Below are positions 25,110-38,975 of a stretch of DNA of 64,000 nucleotides, piece after piece (the stretch's first letter is position 1; each line of letters starts with the position of its first letter). Source of the DNA: Octopus bimaculoides. Its lineage: Eukaryota. Under the pieces are notes generated by a model. It was not told the DNA's origin and made no database searches. It worked only from the letters and a program-made list of their open reading frames with translations. The DNA lies in NCBI RefSeq assembly GCF_001194135.2, contig NC_068983.1:106929036-106993035 (forward strand), read 5' to 3'. The position numbers and the translations under genes are program-made.

Positions 25110-25852
25110 CTTTTACTTCTTTCAGTCATTTAACTGAGGCCATGCTGGAGCACTGCCATAAAGAGTTTTAGTTGAAGAAATTGACCTTAGGACTTATTCT
25201 TTGTAAGCCTAGTACCTATTCTATTGGTCTCTTTTGCTGAACCACTAAGTTACAGGGATGTAAACACACCAACCTTGGTTGACAAACGATGGTAGAGGGA
25301 CAAACATGGACACACACACATTCATGAATAAGGCTAGACACTGACAAATTTTTCAACGATATAAGGATCATATCCTATTCATGCTGTTCTTGCATTTTTC
25401 TGCACTTGCTTGAAATGAGGAATAGATGGACAGCTGACAAATGATGAAGGGTCATTCTTTATGTTACTTGTCCAGTTTTTCATTAGTTTCCATTGTTGTT
25501 CGCGTATCAACTCGTTTGTTTTCGTATTTCATGTTGTTTACGGTTTGTGACGTCCTGTACCCATGTATGCATATATATAAATATATATAAATATGTATGT
25601 ATGCACATATATATATGTATGCATATATATATATGTATTATTCATATATATATATATATATAGGTTCAAAAAAGGAAAAAGACAAAAAAACAACAATGTG
25701 AAGACGTGATACAGATTGTGTAACTAGACGCTCAGGAAAGTATATGAATAATACATATATACGAAAGACTTCTTTCAGTGCCATGCAGTGGGACTGAACC
25801 TAGAACCATGTGGTTGGGAAGCAAGCTTCTTACCACACAGCCATGCTTGTGC
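25110..25852 (-). mobile_element. SINE-A copy with foreign inserts in its internal microsatellite
   Basis: 3' half 25110-25310, 5' half 25752-25852, unrelated repeat-like sequence between them. Confidence 0.6.
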
Positions 25853-25853
25853 C

Positions 25854-25911
<58 letters not shown>

Positions 25912-26099
25912 NNNNNNNNNNNNNNNNNNNNNNNNNNNNTATATATATATATATATATATATATATAGGCACAAGCATATATATATATATATATATATAC
26001 ACACGCACACTTGTTTTTCTTTCTTTCATTTATAAATATATATGCATATATATATATATATATATATAAACCATAAAAGTCAGTAGGTATAAAAGGTGA

Positions 26100-26318
26100 A
26101 TATTCTTTTCTACTTTAGGCAAAGGACCCAAATTTTGGGGGAGGGGGCCAGTCGATTAAATCGACCTCAGTATGCAACTGGTACTTAATCTATCGACCTG
26201 AAAGGATGAAAGGCAAAGTCGACCTCACCAGAATTTGAACTCAGAATGTAAAGTTAGCTGATATACCACTAAGCATTTCGCCCAGCATGCTAACGTTTCT
26301 GACAGCTCGCTGCCTTAT
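26100..26318 (-). mobile_element. SINE-B, near full length
   Basis: GGGGCCAGTCGATT...GGTACTTAAT...AAAGGATGAAAGGCAAAGTCGACC...TTTGAACTCAG...CATTTCGCCCAGCATGCTAACG. Confidence 0.8.
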
Positions 26319-26449
26319 AAAACATGAATATTATTTAACCACATGACATCCTTAGGATTATGGCTGTTTTGCAACCTTCTTCAAGCGGTATTAATTTCAG
26401 TATAGAAGAAATTATGCTTACATGTTTTCACTAATAATTATGCTCTGTA

Positions 26450-26650
26450 AGACAAGCAGGCAGCTTCATGAGCATGCCGTGCAAAATGCTTAGTGACATT
26501 TTGTTCGTCTTTATGCACTGAGTTCAAATTTCGTCAATGTCAGCTTTATCTTTCATCCTTTCGGGGTCAATAAAATGATTACCATTTGAACACTGGGGCT
26601 GATGTAATTGACTTATCTCCTCTCCTGAAATTGCTGGCCTTGTGCCAAAA
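26450..26650 (+). mobile_element. SINE-B, inverted relative to 26100
   Basis: AAATGCTTAG...TGAGTTCAAATT...TTTCATCCTTTCGGGGTCAATAAA. Confidence 0.7.
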
Positions 26651-26809
26651 ATGTATGTTCTGTATTATTCAATACAATTGAATATACACAAATCAATGTA
26701 AATAAAGAAAGCTAGCACATGAGATTACCAGAACATCATTGTTACAGCAACAATTCAACTCAATGTGCATATTTGTGTGTGTGTATTTGTTTTATTGTCT
26801 CCTTGCTTT

Positions 26810-26995
26810 GACATTGGGCAATAGTTTTAAGTGAGTGTCACTGTCATGCAAGAATTGTTGCTTGTTCCAAATCTTCAATCTAATCATGTCTGGGCATGGT
26901 AAAATATTACCTTACTTGGAAGCAGGTGTGGGTTAGTAATAAGAAAGGCATCCAGCTTTACAAAATCTGTCCGATCCATGCGAGCATGGTAAAGG
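26810..26995 (+). mobile_element. retroelement 3' tail (family D)
   Basis: CATGTCTGGGCATGG..AATATTACCTTACTTGGAAGCAGG...GGCATCCAGC. Confidence 0.55.
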
Positions 26996-27011
26996 GAATT
27001 TTTGTATATAT

Positions 27012-27360
27012 CAGGGGTTCTCAATCATATTTCTTACCTATGGACCCCTTTGATTAGTATTTTATTCTTTGGACCCCATAACCATTCAGTGTCTAAAAAA
27101 CTAGTTTTCAGAAACTTCGTTCAAAATTCCTATTTTGATTTTCACACATTAATTTGTGTAGGTTGAACTATGGAAAACGTTAAAGAAAGAAACCTGGCTG
27201 TTTCTTACAATACATATCAATTCATATGTCTAAAGTAAAATTTTTTCAGGGGCCTTAAAATACTATTGTGGATCCTCAATTTAACATTTTGTTGTGTGGA
27301 CTCCCAAAAATCTTATATGAACCTTCAAGAGACCATATCGAGCCTAGTTGAGAACCACTG
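27012..27360. mobile_element. hAT (Charlie-like) MITE
   Basis: TIR CAGGGGTTCTCAA/TTGAGAACCACTG (12/13); 8-bp TSD GTATATAT (27004-27011, 27361-27368). Confidence 0.85.
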
Positions 27361-29099
27361 GTATATATATTATATGGATGAAAATATTTTCAACTGAAAC
27401 ATTACACCCATATCTGATTTTTAAAGTGTTTCAATACTGGGTATGTACTCAATTGCTAACATTTATCAGTGGTTTTTCCCATTATTTTGATGTGCTGTTT
27501 TCTATCATTAATAAAGCTGTTGGCATTTTAGACAACATGGGTATTCTAGTAATAGTATAAAACACTACCTTTGTAAGCAAATTCTGAATTTTGACTTGGT
27601 TGAATTTATATTTTCTAAATTGGTAATACACCTGAGATTTGGACAAGTGTGTTTCAAAATATATTTTGATGTTTTCCAGATTTGTTTCTATAATATTTCA
27701 TAATACCACTTGAACTCCTTCTACTGCTATACCAGTATTGGCAACTGACACTTCTTCAGCAACAACAATATTAGCAATACTCTTTTACAATATTAACAGT
27801 GATAATATTTGCAGTATAGGTAGTATTATCGTCATTATGATGCTATGGCAACAATGAAGAAGATTGTGACAAAAATACATCAGACAAAACAGTATGGAAG
27901 ATGAACATGCTGCCTACACTCTTCACAATATATTAAATACCTTTGTTATAAATTTCTTTCTAATACTCTTGAAAATATTCACATTGACTAAATGTAATTG
28001 TTTTTCTGGAACTGGAAATACAGTTCTTTTAGATTAAATAAATTTTATATTTAAAATTTGAATTACTAATAAAGCTTTTGGTACAAATCTTAAGGTAAGT
28101 ACGTATATCTATTAAACACTCACACAAAAGAGTTATATAGCAGCTTTGAATTGCACTTTGCTATATTAAATAAAGAAAGAACTCATTATATAATATTGCC
28201 CTAAAAATATAAGACAAGATGTCTTTAATTATAGTTGTGCTTGATTGAGGCTTCCTGAGGCTACACAATAATGCAAAAACAACAAAGCACTTATCTATAC
28301 AAAACTACAATGTATTTAAATCAATTACAACAATCCTTGTGTAGTTATTATGGCAGCAACTATCAGAGAATATAAATATAGAAAGATTATTCCCTCCTAT
28401 ATTAACAAAACTGTGTGCTATTGTAAGTTTGGTAGTATTTTTCTGAAAGTTTCTGACTATTGGCTTCATACATTTTATATGAAAGAATTTTTACGTTTAT
28501 CACCAACAGGAAAATCTAGATCAGAAACTTTATCTCTTAAAATATATCAGAGTGGTAAATTTGCACAGTAGAGCAGTTGCAAGAAGCAATGATTTACATA
28601 TCGCCTGCATACGAAACTTAGTTCTGGAAATATCACTTGTCATGTCAGAAAATATTTGCACAACATATTGAATCATTTCATTTGCTTCACTTCACATAGA
28701 TACACACACAAAAAAAATCTGATCTTTCTTGTCTTAACTTGTCCTAAATTTGTATTATATACTGTAGGATATCTATATTTACTTATTTTATAGATGCCTC
28801 TATTGTCAATAAATACAAGAAGCTTAAAAACAGAAATCAATCACGCAGTATGCACTCACCTGGATTCCATAAATATTGTCCATTGAAACATGAGTCCTAA
28901 TTTGTCCAGTCTCTAATTGCCTAGAACTATTCTTTTATCTCAGCTTGATTCAATATTTGCTTAGCTTTTTGAGATTCTGTACATATTGAAAGCAATGAAT
29001 TTAGTTCCCGGTAGATATTTCACCTACATGCTCTTGTCATATAGCTTGACTATTTTATCATTCCTGTTCTGATTTTCAGTCCAGTAATGATGCAGACAT

Positions 29100-29640
29100 C
29101 AGTATAGCCATAAATCTGGTGTCACACACCATGATTATGCAACAAATTAAAGTGATTCCCTCTCAGTTCTCCTTTCAAAGTAGATGAAAACACAAATGTC
29201 TGACAGTCACATGTTAGGTAATTCCATTGCCTTTGAAAACATTGCCCTTTCTTGATTCCTTATAATGCATGCATATAAACATAAGAGAAGCAAATGCCAT
29301 TGTGCATGGCATTTATATCTCACTGTGGTTATTGTCTATTTCAACACTGTGTGACGATTTAATACAGCAAGCACAATCTGTTTTCTCTTTGAATTCTTTG
29401 AACAATGAATCAAAACTCTCATATGCATCAAAAGTTCTGTGAGAAAAGAAACAATAATTCTTTGAATTTTTCTGCAAAATCATGACCTATGGTCATGATT
29501 TCTGATGTAATTATTGTGGAATTCTTTATGAAAATGCATGAAAGGTTTAAAATGGAAGTGATTGAAGACATAGCTGAAGAGAGTAGTTTAGTCCAATCTG
29601 AGTTGAGAGAAAATAGCAATTTCATTATATCCATGTTTGT
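29100..29640 (-). mobile_element. possible I/Jockey-group LINE relic (EN-RT linker)
   Basis: ..NNHSEI*MPCTMA../..KGNGIT*HVTVRHL.. weakly resembles the RT N-terminal PGPDGI..LRHL; highly decayed. Confidence 0.25.
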
Positions 29641-31412
29641 ATTTAATTTGAAGAGAAATTTATCATATAGTCTAAAGTGTTGCTAAGTCAATGGCTCAAA
29701 GAACTAATATGGGGCACCATTTTTTTCCTAGTTTTGTTTTTACTTTTTTCCATTTGTGCAATAACAGTATTTTAAATGATGCTGTAAGAAAAATTTCTAT
29801 TGGTGATAAATCAGTTATAAAATAAAACTATTTGGTGATAATTTCTATTAAATATTGCAAACGCTATTTGAATACGATTATATTTTGCCTTTAAAATAGA
29901 GGATATAGTCATACAATTGTAAAATAAGACTTGTAAACTAAATACAAACAAGCATAAAAAAAACATTATATATATGTATGTATATATATANNNNNNNNNN
30001 NNNNNNNNNNNNNNNNNNNNNNNNNNNNNNNNNNNNNNNNNNNNNNNNNNNNNNNNNNNNNNNNNNNNNNNNNNNNNNNNNNNNNNNNNNNNNNNNNNNN
30101 NNNNNNNNNNNNNNNNNNNNNNNNNNNNNNNNNNNNNNNNNNNNNNNNNNNNNNNNNNNNNNNNNNNNNNNNNNNNNNNNNNNNNNNNNNNNNNNNNNNN
30201 NNNNNNNNNNNNNNNNNNNNNNNNNNNNNNNNNNNNNNNNNNNNNNNNNNNNNNNNNNNNNNNNNNNNNNNNNNNNNNNNNNNNNNNNNNNNNNNNNNNN
30301 NNNNNNNNNNNNNNNNNNNNNNNNNNNNNNNNNNNNNNNNNNNNNNNNNNNNNNNNNNNNNNNNNNNNNNNNNNNNNNNNNNNNNNNNNNNNNNNNNNNN
30401 NNNNNNNNNNNNNNNNNNNNNNNNNNNNNNNNNNNNNNNNNNNNNNNNNNNNNNNNNNNNNNNNNNNNNNNNNNNNNNNNNNNNNNNNNNNNNNNNNNNN
30501 NNNNNNNNNNNNNNNNNNNNNNNNNNNNNNNNNNNNNNNNNNCCATACAATTTTTAAAAAAAATATTTATTAACTATATGAAAGATAACTATGAAATTTT
30601 TTCCATTAAACTTTGCTTTTATTTAATGCAGATTACATTAAAATAATATGGCATTTCCAAATTGCTGCATATTTGTATTCAGCTATCAACAATTTCAGAT
30701 TAATGTTCTCTGAATTTCAATTTTTAGAAGATAGTGATAGGGCAATTAGAACTCAAGGAAGCTGCTGCAGATATATCAATTCAATATTAAATGGATCTGA
30801 AATAGGCAAAAGTCAAATAGTCAAGTATATTAGTAATTAATTTTGTGTTCATCTTTATTCCAATTAATCTGTGTTCCCATTATTGTATGCATGTTATGTG
30901 TGTGTGTGTGTGTGTGTGTGTGTATGCGTGTGCATGCATGTGTGGTGCATGTATTGCATTCATACATACTTACATATAAAAACATTATTTGGATAGCTAA
31001 AATGCTTTACTATGTATACTGAAGAGGCATGTGAAAGAAAAAATCAGAGCTGAGAGGAAAGATCAAATCCTCAAGGAGCAGGAAAGCAAAATAATTGCTG
31101 CATGGTTGATATCATAATGGCAGTTATAATGAAAAAAAAACAATGTTCTACAGTATGGACAAAAAGAACCTGGATATACCTTGGTAGTATCAATATTGTT
31201 TGACACCTCCAGAAGAGTGTTATTGTCAGTTGGTAAGTGTTGATATCATTGTGATTTTCACCTGACAACTAATGGAAAGAAAGCGCTACAGTGCAAACTC
31301 TGAGTAAAAAATATATGTATGTGTGTATACCTACCTACCTACCTACCTACCTACCTACCTACCTACGAACCTACCTACCTACCTACCTACGAACCTACAT
31401 GCATACATATAT

Positions 31413-31830
31413 GTTTGGGACAGAGGGGCAAAGGTATGTATCATCATAGCAGTCAGCTGCCCTGCAGATATAAATATTTCTTTGAAAATTAAAGAAAAAG
31501 TGGATATTTATGGACAACTTCTTTGAAACCTCCAGCTTCTATATCCAGACTATGACTTCATATTCAAACCAATAATAATTGGAGCACTGTGTTTTGTTAG
31601 TAAATGCTTAAAGGAGAATCTGGATAAGCTGAGATTTTCAGGAAGAGAAATCAACTGGCTAATTCCTACATTACAAGTACAATATGTGAGTGGAACAGTA
31701 GAAATATACAAGACTTTTCTCAAGTTCCAAATGCGAATTTGTCTGTGTTAACTACATCCCAAAGATGGAGCCTTGTATCTTTATTGGAGACTGGCTCCCT
31801 CCTCAGTAGAAAATTTATAATAATTAAAAA
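31413..31830 (+). mobile_element. R4/Dong-clade LINE 3' end (RLE domain), 5'-truncated
   Basis: VWDRGAKVCIIIAVSCPADINISLKIKEKVDIYGQLL*NLQLLYPDYDFIFKPIIIGALCFVSK...; preceded by (CCTA)n. Confidence 0.75.
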
Positions 31831-31891
31831 ATAGGAGAGACATACATATATACATGCATGCATACATACATACATATATACATACATACAT

Positions 31892-32218
31892 GATGATGAT
31901 GGCTGCCCCCTCGTTATCGAGTATGGCCATTGTACGAAGCTTAACTTAATGGTGCTGTGATCGAATGTGACTTTTTAGCCCAGCCAAAGATCTACAATGT
32001 CTTGCACAGAGTTGGCATCCAAAACCTTTACTGGCAATAGCTGGCTGTTGTTGTAATTGGGTTCCATGTACCTTTGCGTGTCGTTTAAGTCCTCCTGCTG
32101 AATCACACTCCCTTCCACATGCCCGACAGACATGATTAGTATGGTGTGTAGCATCATCACCAGCGGCCTGCTTTATCAGTCTAGCTTTATGACTTCGAAG
32201 ATGACTTATGAGTCCAGC

Positions 32219-32220
<2 letters not shown>
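31892..32220 (-). mobile_element. RTE-type LINE 3' end encoding C2H2-like zinc fingers
   Basis: KAGLISHLRSH..CRACGRECDSAGGLKRHAKVH..CQLCARHCRSLAGLKSHIRSQHH*, short UTR, (CAT)n tail; embedded in (TACA)n on both sides. Confidence 0.7.
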
Positions 32221-32249
<29 letters not shown>

Positions 32250-32609
32250 GCATGTTTACATACTTCTGCTAGTAACAAAGGGTTTAATTGTATGATACAT
32301 ATGTACAAGGTATCATGCTGCACACTATTAAAACAGAGAAACCTTGAATGCAAAGGATTTGAGGAGCTGCAAAGACAAGAAAGAAATGAAGCTCTGCTGG
32401 ATGTGCAATACCAGTGTGTATGAATGATGGAGAGCAAATAAATTGAGATAAAATTTAAATATAAGAAGAATGAAATGCAGTGTGCAAAAAAGAAGACTGT
32501 ATGGGCATGCCATGAATACAGAAGAAGAAAGCTACATAAGAATACACCAGACTGAACCCAGAACCATGTAGTTGGGAAGCAAGCTTCTTACCAAACAGCC
32601 ATGCCTGGA

Positions 32610-33560
32610 GGTTTTGAAGCAGTTGTCAATAGCTATCCTCTTTTTCTTTGATTTTCAAAACGACATTCATATCAGTAGGATAGCTGACTTGTATGACAGT
32701 ACAAAGCCTTCAGAGCATGATGCAACGTAGCAGACACGAGTCCAGGAGAATCTTCACTTCATGTCATTATTACTGTCTTTTTCAAGTCTTCGGGAAACAT
32801 ACTCATGCATTGTCTTTTTTTGGTGTGTTGAGCTTTTCACATCCAGGTCTTTTTTGAGGTATGTTAGTCTCGCTGTTTTGGGGTTTTATGGTTGGTCATT
32901 AGGAAATGATTGCTTCCAACATGTAGGATATTGTTCTCTACACTTTTTAGTGCTAAGTTGATATATTTATTTTTGCTGCTGCTGTTTAGCAAGTGCTCTT
33001 TGAGAGAGAAGCCTTTACTCCTCTTATCCCTTCTTAGACACTATTCCTGTGGAGATTTCCAGTTGATGTTAGTATCTTATGGGTTTTAATGTCTATAGAG
33101 TGGATTTCTTCTAGAGATCAGTCAAATATCTTAAATGTTGGAATCAGCACTGGCACTGCAAATTCGTTGTGGAATATTGTCTTACTGTAAGAGGAGAGTT
33201 CCAACTGCCACATTTTTCTAAGTCTTTTATAATATTCGTGAGTCATTCTATCTTTATTCACAATAACTTCATATGATACGTTTTCATCAATACCCAGGGA
33301 CTTGCAACATTCTTTGTGTAGTACAGGAGAGATAGTGAGGCCATTAATGCACAGGTTTGGGGTCTGGAGGACTGACTTTTCCAGTTCAACAAATACGAAC
33401 ATTTCTTTTGGCCAAATTCCATTCCTATGTCAGCTGAAAATGTTATTAATTCCAGCTGTTTTTTTGGCATTGTTAACATTTTCAGAATAAATCTGAAAGT
33501 CATCCACAAAGAAATTATGGGTTACATTAATATCTCTAACAGTTGCAAACCCTAGCATGT
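32610..33560 (-). mobile_element. R4/Dong-clade LINE relic (RT FVDD, thumb, part of RLE)
   Basis: NFFVDDF..; FSADIGMEFGQKKC; SLGIDEN..HEYYKRLRKMWQLELSSYSKTIFHNEFAVPVLIPTF; LCTVIQVSYPTDMNV. Confidence 0.8.
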
Positions 33561-36500
33561 AGCCATTTGATTTTTGTAGCAGGAATGATAATGGATTTAA
33601 TGCCAAAATGGTCAGAATTACAGAAAGACTATCTCCTTGGAATATTCCCTTCGAAATATTTTAACATATATATATATATATATACATGTATGTATGTATG
33701 CATGCGTGTGTGAGTGTGTGCATGTTTTGTAATCTGGCTTTGTAATGTCACTTCCTCCGTTGTCCTTAGAGCACATAAAAATTATTACTCTCATTATTAT
33801 TATTGTTGCTGTTGTTGTTATTAGCACCGGTACACTACCAAAGAATAACTCATTAAAATCTCTTCCTGATACTTCTTAAATTTTGTCAAATTTCATTGAG
33901 TAAACTCACAATCTTTTAATGTCTAAATGTGTAAAAATTGCAAGTGAGAAGTTTTAACTAACCTATTCTATTATGCAGATATTTTCTAATGCTTTCACCT
34001 ATAATTTTTCAGGAATGAAATCCTGTATGACTTTATCAAGATTTGAACCGAAATTATCAATGCAGCAACTTGCATGTTACTCATGCAATCCACATCTTAT
34101 GCATTTTCTTTACCATCTTCATTCATTACTTTAGAATTGTATGGAAGGAAATCAATGATTCCTTATCAGAAGGCAATATAATGTTGATTCAATGACCAGT
34201 GGGTAAGATGTATGTGCATGTGCATGTGTGCATACATGTGTGTTTGTGTGTGTGTGTGCATGCATGTAACAATCAATTGCAACTTAAACATGATTAAATC
34301 ATTTTAGAGTGACATGCGCATAGAAATATTTAATATCTTACATTCTTTATCTTTATATATTACATAACATATTATGTAATATCTTTATATATTATATATT
34401 CTGTAATATAGTATACTAGAGGGGAGAGAAAGAGAATGAGGGAGTAAGAAAGATTAGTAAATAAACAAAGAAAAAGACAGAAAGAAGGGTAAACATTGCT
34501 ATAGAAAGATATAGTTGTTGGCCATTTCTTACATGGTGCCTTTCTAAAGCAGAATGTTTCTCCCTGCAAGGAACCATAAATGATGAAAATATTTGGCAAT
34601 AGTGAGAAAAAGATTCTGAAATTTCATACATTTTTAATCTTAGGAGTTGTTCCTTGAGGGCCACGCTTTTCATTTTGCAGTCCTTTCAGCTGATATTAGG
34701 AATTCATCATATTTAAAATGCTACATTCACATTATTGTTAGGAGGTGGATGATGTATTACATGAAATTCTGAGTTTGATCTCGTTTTGAATAACTGTCTC
34801 CCCCCCCCCACACACACACAACACACACACACACAACACACACGCAACACACACAGAGTAGAGATGACTCAAGACAGGTAGACTGAAATTGTTTGTAAGT
34901 CTGTCAGATGGACTACAAGTGTGACCTGAAGACCTAACTTTGAAACACATGTTAGTAATTCTGTCTGAGGATTACATCATTTCTAGAGATGTCTGTGGAA
35001 TACATAGTCTGTAAAACAATAATTCAATGAATAGGCAATTCACTTCATCAAACAACTGGAATACTTATTCAATAAAACCAAGAGTCCATTAGAGGCAAAA
35101 CATATACTATGGGAAGTCAAAAGTCTTTTGCTCTTTCTCCAAAGCTTTCTTTAGGTTGGCCACACTGCCTTCCCTTTGGCACTTGCATGTTAAAAGAGAT
35201 TTCTACACATGAGATCATCCACAACAAGCTTCACTTCTGTAAAGTCTTAGAAAAACAGAACTAAATATTGTTGGCTTTTAGAAGAGCAATCTTTGGTCTT
35301 TTCTGGATTTTAAGAAAAAAAAAAAACCCAAACTAAACTTAGATTATAAATAGGAACCAAATTATCAAAAAAGTTAATATAAAATAAAAAATAAGTCATA
35401 CATGTATCAAATGGAAAAAATAACAGATATGTCTATCAAAGTTCAACAGTAAGAATTTCAGATCGAATATTTTGCTAAAAATATACAAAAGAATCAAGAA
35501 ATATAATTTATTGTAATTAAATAATACATTTGCTTTATTTGAAAAATTTCCAAATTAATACTTCAGGATTTTGTAAGTAGATATATTAAGTAGCCTAACT
35601 GCAGAAATGTTGAAACCAGTCAGACAAAAATATATATTCCATCCTATATTACAGGCAAATCTATTTTATTAAGAAGCTTTAGTAGAAGTGCTATAAAAAT
35701 TCTCCTAATAACAAACTGATTAGGCCTCTAGTTGGAAATGTTATATCATTAGACTTGTAATAAAGTAATGTAAGTTAATTTAGAGATGCAAGGAAATGAT
35801 TTATATTACTTATCTTTATGAATTGGGACATAGCATACTGTTATACAATATTCATTCAAAGCTGTATGAGATTACAAACTCTACTATTATTTGAAAGTTG
35901 TAACATTTTTTCTGTTAGTTTCTATCTACGAAACTAAATTTACAAACAACTTATGATATAGATAACATCTCAAACAAGTTAAGATATCTGGTTTTTTAAA
36001 TTTTTTTTGGTTTTACTCAAACCTTTGCAAGAAAGACCCATAAACTACTTTTAGGCAAAGAGTTAAAAGTAAGAAGTGATGTTAATGCCAGAAACATGCT
36101 ATAAAAACATTGAAGAGAGTAAATAAAAAATGGCAATAAAATATGGGAAGTAAGAGAACAATAAAGAAGCTTATAAAATGAAATAATATGAGATAGCATT
36201 TGCAGGCAAATAATGACTGAGTTTATTCTGCAATTCAGCTGTCCGAGGAAAAAAAACATGCAATGGAGAATAAGGCATATTTGTGAGATATCCAGCATGT
36301 ACAGATGTAGATAACTAAATTTAACAAGCTGTGTTCAGATGGAAAATTCCTGGTCTGGTGGAGCCCAGGAATGAAGCTCATCTGAACATTTTGCACAGAA
36401 TTGACAATGGAAGTAGGCCAGATATAACGTTTTGTCAATGATAGAGAGATTTGAGTGACTATCCATTATCCTTTCAGATCTGCTCTCTGGGAAGAGTTTG

Positions 36501-38936
36501 GATGAACTCAAATATGTAAGCAGTACTTCTAAATCAATTAAAATCTGTTAACACGCCCAGGGTAGTGAGCAATTATTTTTTATTAATCAATACTCCTCTT
36601 CTTTGAGCGTGTGTGTGTGTGTGTGCATGTGCACATGTGTATGCACATGCATATGCACTCATGTGTGAATGCACATACATGTGTGTGTGTGCGCAAGTCC
36701 ATTGCTAACTCTTATTTAACTTTATTTTCCATGCTGATTGAATTCCTTTGTAATTTTCCTCACTTATTCTGTTATTTTGTTATATCAAGTCATCAAAATC
36801 CATATTGTAATTTTTTATTATAACCTGAAAAGAACAGAGATGGTTATGCTTTGGTGAGGAAATGTAATGAACTGAAACATGTCTGGAATTCTCAGTCTTC
36901 TTGCTGCAATAACTGCACTTTAAAAAGCACACCCTAACTTTGATCTGTTAGGAATAATTTTGGTGAGAAGTGTAGGAGATAATATATAAAGGGATCAACA
37001 TGTTTATGATGGCACACAGATATCTCCATACCCGATGCTAACATCCATTCACTCCATAGGAAGCTGATGCACTGTATATTGTGCATTATGCTGAAACCTC
37101 TATGTCATAGCCTGACTTGCTACAAATAGCAGCCAAATCTTCTTTAAAATTGCATCATACTGTCTTAGAAAAGAAGGATAAATCAGAGCACGCTGTTCTA
37201 GGAAAATGATAAGGTGATAATGGCTTCAATTTCCTTGATCATAGAGTTGTTTGATCAAGTCTGAGTTAGGACTAAGCAACAATATAAACAATAAAACTGC
37301 AAAAGGAGCTTCAACTTTCTGCAATCAGCCATCAACCTCTGAAACAATCTTTTGGATGTGGCAACTGGAATTATCTCAGTGAATGAATAACAAATATTCA
37401 AGAGGCGAGTGCATAAACACTTTGTGTCCTTTTTTTCTCAGAAAATCGGTGAACCATTGGTTTGTCCATTGGATTTCTCTTTGAGATCCAAATGTGTAAT
37501 GAGTCTATTGTTCATAAATGCATGCCTAAAAAATTAGATGGGATTTTCTTCAGTCCAGTAGCTACTACAATTTGGAATTTCTATGCTTCAGCTATCATTG
37601 CATTGGCTTTCCTAACCTTTAGCTTTCTCCATTCAATATTCCAAACTATTCTTTTTTCAATATATTTTATCTAACATTTCTTGCCTACCCATTTTTTTTT
37701 CCTTATTTCACATTCAATTTCTCATTCTATACATCTTTATTGACTAAAATCTAAAATATTTATTCAACTGTTACAAGGATATCCATATATCTAGAGCTTG
37801 TAACCTACTAAATAGAATCAAGCTGAAGTATGCACACAGAAATATTTATATATGTGCATATTCATATGTGCTTATATATCCCAGACCCTCCTTCCTTCCT
37901 TTCTCTCTCTTTCCCTCCTTTCTCTTTCTCCCTCTCCCTTCTTTCTTTCTCTCTCTCTCAGTTTATTTACATGCATGTGTGTATGCAAGTGCAGATAACT
38001 ATAGGTATGTGTGTGTTTGTACCTTTTCCTCTAAGATACGACCAATGCCACTGTTTAGCTGCTTAACTGTAAAATGGCCTGCTTGAAAATTATATATCTA
38101 GATTGTGAAGAAAGTTGCTGATTTGGAACCAGAACTATTGTTCCAAGAAGAATTTCATGTTGTACGAAACATTACTTTATAATGCAAATGTCATTGTATT
38201 AGCCATTTCCAACCTTGTACAAGAGAAATCCATAATGTACGAGCCCTGTGGTCTAATGGATGTGCAAAGAGTCTGAAGTTCATATTGGTTAAAAGGTGAA
38301 ATAGAGATAAGTCTTCCACTCATCCTGAGATGCATTATATTTATCATAACTTATTGATTTTACTTGGGTTTCATTTAAAATGACTAAGACAATGAAATTT
38401 GTATTGTAAAGCCATATTTTACAGATTATATTTTTCTTTTAAATTCTTTGAATGGCAGGAGAAGGCCTTTTGCAATACCTCTGATATTAATAGGAGAAGA
38501 GGAAATTATTTTCAAATGAGGGACTTACTTGGGTTGAATGTTTACCACAGAGATGACATTGCTTAAGGCATCTGAGATTTAGGTGGTGTTGTAAGAAGCT
38601 GATAATGGATTGAGTTTATCATGCAGTAGATCTGTTCACCACAAAAGTTTTAATTAGTTCAGTAAGCAGCCAATTGTGACCTCGGTTACAGCTTAATATA
38701 AAAGATGCACATAAATTGACGAGATCCAGCAGATTGAAACAATTTAGTGTTTAGAAAATTTCCCCAGCTTGTGGTAAGTTAAATGTCGTTTATCACTTTA
38801 GTGAGCTTTTCATGTGATTTGCATTGACTTTTAGTTGAAACTAAACAGAAACTGGAATGTTTCGATGTGATACATACACTTCACACACACATGTGCACAC
38901 ACACATGTGCACACACACATGTGCACACACACATGT

Positions 38937-38975
<39 letters not shown>

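Noticed and set aside
25440-25560. ATGATGAAGG...GACGTC possible hammerhead remnant
   Set aside because: Core is mutated and no GAAA or helix II could be assigned
28860-28920. Minus-strand exon QLETGQIRTHVSMDNIYGIQ with a CAG|GTGAGT donor
   Set aside because: Poor acceptor, adjacent to a probable LINE relic, and no supporting minus-strand exons
31154-31232. 79-nt + strand exon YGQKEPGYTLVVSILFDTSRRVLLSV with a GTAAGT donor
   Set aside because: Very short pyrimidine tract, unrecognised peptide, and not linkable to the other candidates
31946-32437. Host C2H2 zinc-finger gene
   Set aside because: The N-terminal part of the ORF is microsatellite and unique DNA; the fingers are followed by a retro-type UTR and (CAT)n tail, so a LINE end fits better
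34926-34955. CTGAAGA..GAAA-CACATGT-T hammerhead-like spacing
   Set aside because: Neither helix II nor helix I can pair
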